64,000 bases of DNA from Actinomycetota bacterium. Its GTDB lineage: Bacteria > Actinomycetota > Actinomycetes > Actinomycetales > Microbacteriaceae. Both the position numbers and the translations under genes were made by a program. Location of the stretch: NCBI GenBank assembly GCA_041178865.1, contig JBEGUL010000027.1, positions 12,152 to 76,151 on the forward strand, written 5' to 3'. Numbering within the stretch: the stretch's first letter is position 1; each line of letters starts with the position of its first letter. Under the pieces are notes generated by a model. It saw nothing but the letters and a program-made list of their open reading frames with translations, made no database searches and had not been told where the DNA came from. Positions 62,742 to 64,000 of the stretch are shown here, in pieces.

Positions 62742-63396
62742 AGCTTCTGCTCTTTCGTAAATATCTCAAAACTGCGGTTGTGCGAAGGTCTGTGCCAGGA
62801 GCCGGATTAGGCACTAATACTTTGTAGATTTTGGACAGCTCTTGGCGAATTGTTACCGCCGAGACGCCAAGTTTTTTGGAGATGTGAGGAACATCGATCC
62901 CCTCAACGATGAGCGCCATGATTTCATGTTGGCGCTGGGTGAGATCTTTAGGCTCGACAGTTTCACTTTCGCGCTGAGTCTGAACGAGTTTGGGATCAAT
63001 AACGGAAAGTCCGCGAGCGGTAGAACGCAGAACATCTACCAGGTAGGGCATATCGATGGAGGCGCTCTTTTGGACAGTTGACCATCCTTCGAGGTTCCGA
63101 ACCGAAAGTTGGGAGAGAAAATCAACTTCTGCATGCTGGGAATAGATCACAATCCCCACTTCTGGGTTAATCTTCCGCAGTTGTAACCCAAGCTCTAGAC
63201 CTGTTGCGCTGTTTTGTCCGAGAGCGATGTCCAGTAGCGCGACATCAAAGTTTTCGCGGTGAGCTATATCAAGTGCGTCGCCCGAGTTACTGACGTGACT
63301 AATAACACTGATGCCGTCTTGGCTGTTGAGTAACTTGCTCATGATGGCACGCAGGGCTGGGTCATCTTCGACATAGAGGACTTTGGTGTCTCTCAA
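62719..63396 (-). CDS. NarL/LuxR-family response regulator
   Basis: VLYVEDD, ALLDI, SQH, QK, LTQRQHEIM..I.EG HTH. Start placed at TTG 63396 (GAAGGG RBS); ORF track starts at 63483. Confidence 0.9.
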   Translation of the reverse strand: MRDTKVLYVEDDPALRAIMSKLLNSQDGISVISHVSNSGDALDIAHRENFDVALLDIALGQNSATGLELGLQLRKINPEVGIVIYSQHAEVDFLSQLSVRNLEGWSTVQKSASIDMPYLVDVLRSTARGLSVIDPKLVQTQRESETVEPKDLTQRQHEIMALIVEGIDVPHISKKLGVSAVTIRQELSKIYKVLVPNPAPGTDLRTTAVLRYLRKSRSYAWSNTE

Positions 63397-63475
63397 GTTC
63401 TGCCCTTCAAAGAAAGCTCTTTTTGCTTTATTCCGTAGTTTCAACCTATCCCAGAGTGTTTTCAAGAGGGCTTTG

Positions 63476-63491
63476 TCATACACATGTATGA
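63476..63491. promoter_or_regulatory. Perfect 7-2-7 inverted repeat, candidate response-regulator site
   Basis: TCATACA-CA-TGTATGA between divergent genes. Confidence 0.5.
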
Positions 63492-63531
63492 GAGAAAGTT
63501 CAGAACAGGAGTTCGCCCCTACATTGATGTC

Positions 63532-64000
63532 ATGTCTAAGCCATCATTTTCCTTCCGCAACAAATTTCTCTCGTTATTAGCAATGTTGATTGCAGTATTT
63601 GTCGGGTTAGCTTCTGCTTCATCTGCTGTTGCTGTGGGCAACCTCGATCAGCAGGCTACGGGTACAAGCACTAACTGGTATTACTCCATGGACGGTGGAT
63701 ATATCGTTGGGCAGGTTTTCACCCCGACCGTTTCAGGAACCCTCGATCGCATCACAATGGATGTTCTCATTGCGGCTAATAACCCAGGCCCAATGACGGC
63801 AGATCTTTATGCAACGGACGTGAACGGTTTCCCTACTGGGCCAGTACTTGCTTCGACCTCTGTGCCGCAGGCGTCCATCAGCTTAACTGTGAGTACTGTT
63901 CCGTTTGATTTTGGAACTCCTGCGACGATGGTTGCCGGAACGGCCTATGTCGCTGTTTTTGGCAATACCGGTGCAGGTAGTTATCACTACATGAATGCCA
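63532..64000 (+). CDS. Secreted beta-rich protein, 3'-truncated by the window edge (not in ORF track)
   Basis: MSKPSFSFRNKFLSLLAMLIAVFVGLASASSAVA|VGNLDQQ...GQVFTPTVSGTLDRI...PTGPVLAS; frame open to the end; TACATT -10 six nt before ATG. Confidence 0.8.
   Translation, partial: MSKPSFSFRNKFLSLLAMLIAVFVGLASASSAVAVGNLDQQATGTSTNWYYSMDGGYIVGQVFTPTVSGTLDRITMDVLIAANNPGPMTADLYATDVNGFPTGPVLASTSVPQASISLTVSTVPFDFGTPATMVAGTAYVAVFGNTGAGSYHYMNA

Overview
A gene-dense 64 kb chromosomal segment from an actinobacterium of moderate GC content. Gene content and order point to Microbacteriaceae, probably a streamlined freshwater lineage such as Aurantimicrobium (inference). Most of it is core genome: dapB, rpsB-tsf-pyrH-frr-cdsA, glgX-glgE-glgB, cysteine desulfurase-mnmA-ligA, gatCAB, dinB, a TPP-riboswitch-controlled ECF transporter, orn, msrA, a second ssb, ettA, tesB, pepN, rpiB, a Nei glycosylase, four tRNAs (His, Arg, Gly, Pro) and tig. 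Accessory-looking parts are an AT-richer ligA plus DEDDh-TerB-like-BRCT exonuclease block, a stand-alone Mrr_N-like protein, orphan sugar permeases, a umuDC-like pair with a degenerate SOS box beside tRNA-Gly, and a two-component system flanked by surface proteins after tig. The most unexpected signal is a three-part promoter architecture (AGTCCTCCACA, a second box 26-27 bp on, then ACGCATTCT) shared by the M23 peptidase and second ssb genes 40 kb apart, suggesting an uncharacterised regulon. Other notable points: pervasive leaderless-type promoters, a bidirectional -10 element, a dinB stop codon inside the TPP aptamer, and two small ORFs missed by the ORF track. I saw no CRISPR array, rRNA, transposase or integrase. 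All calls come from manual motif reading; no database searches were run.
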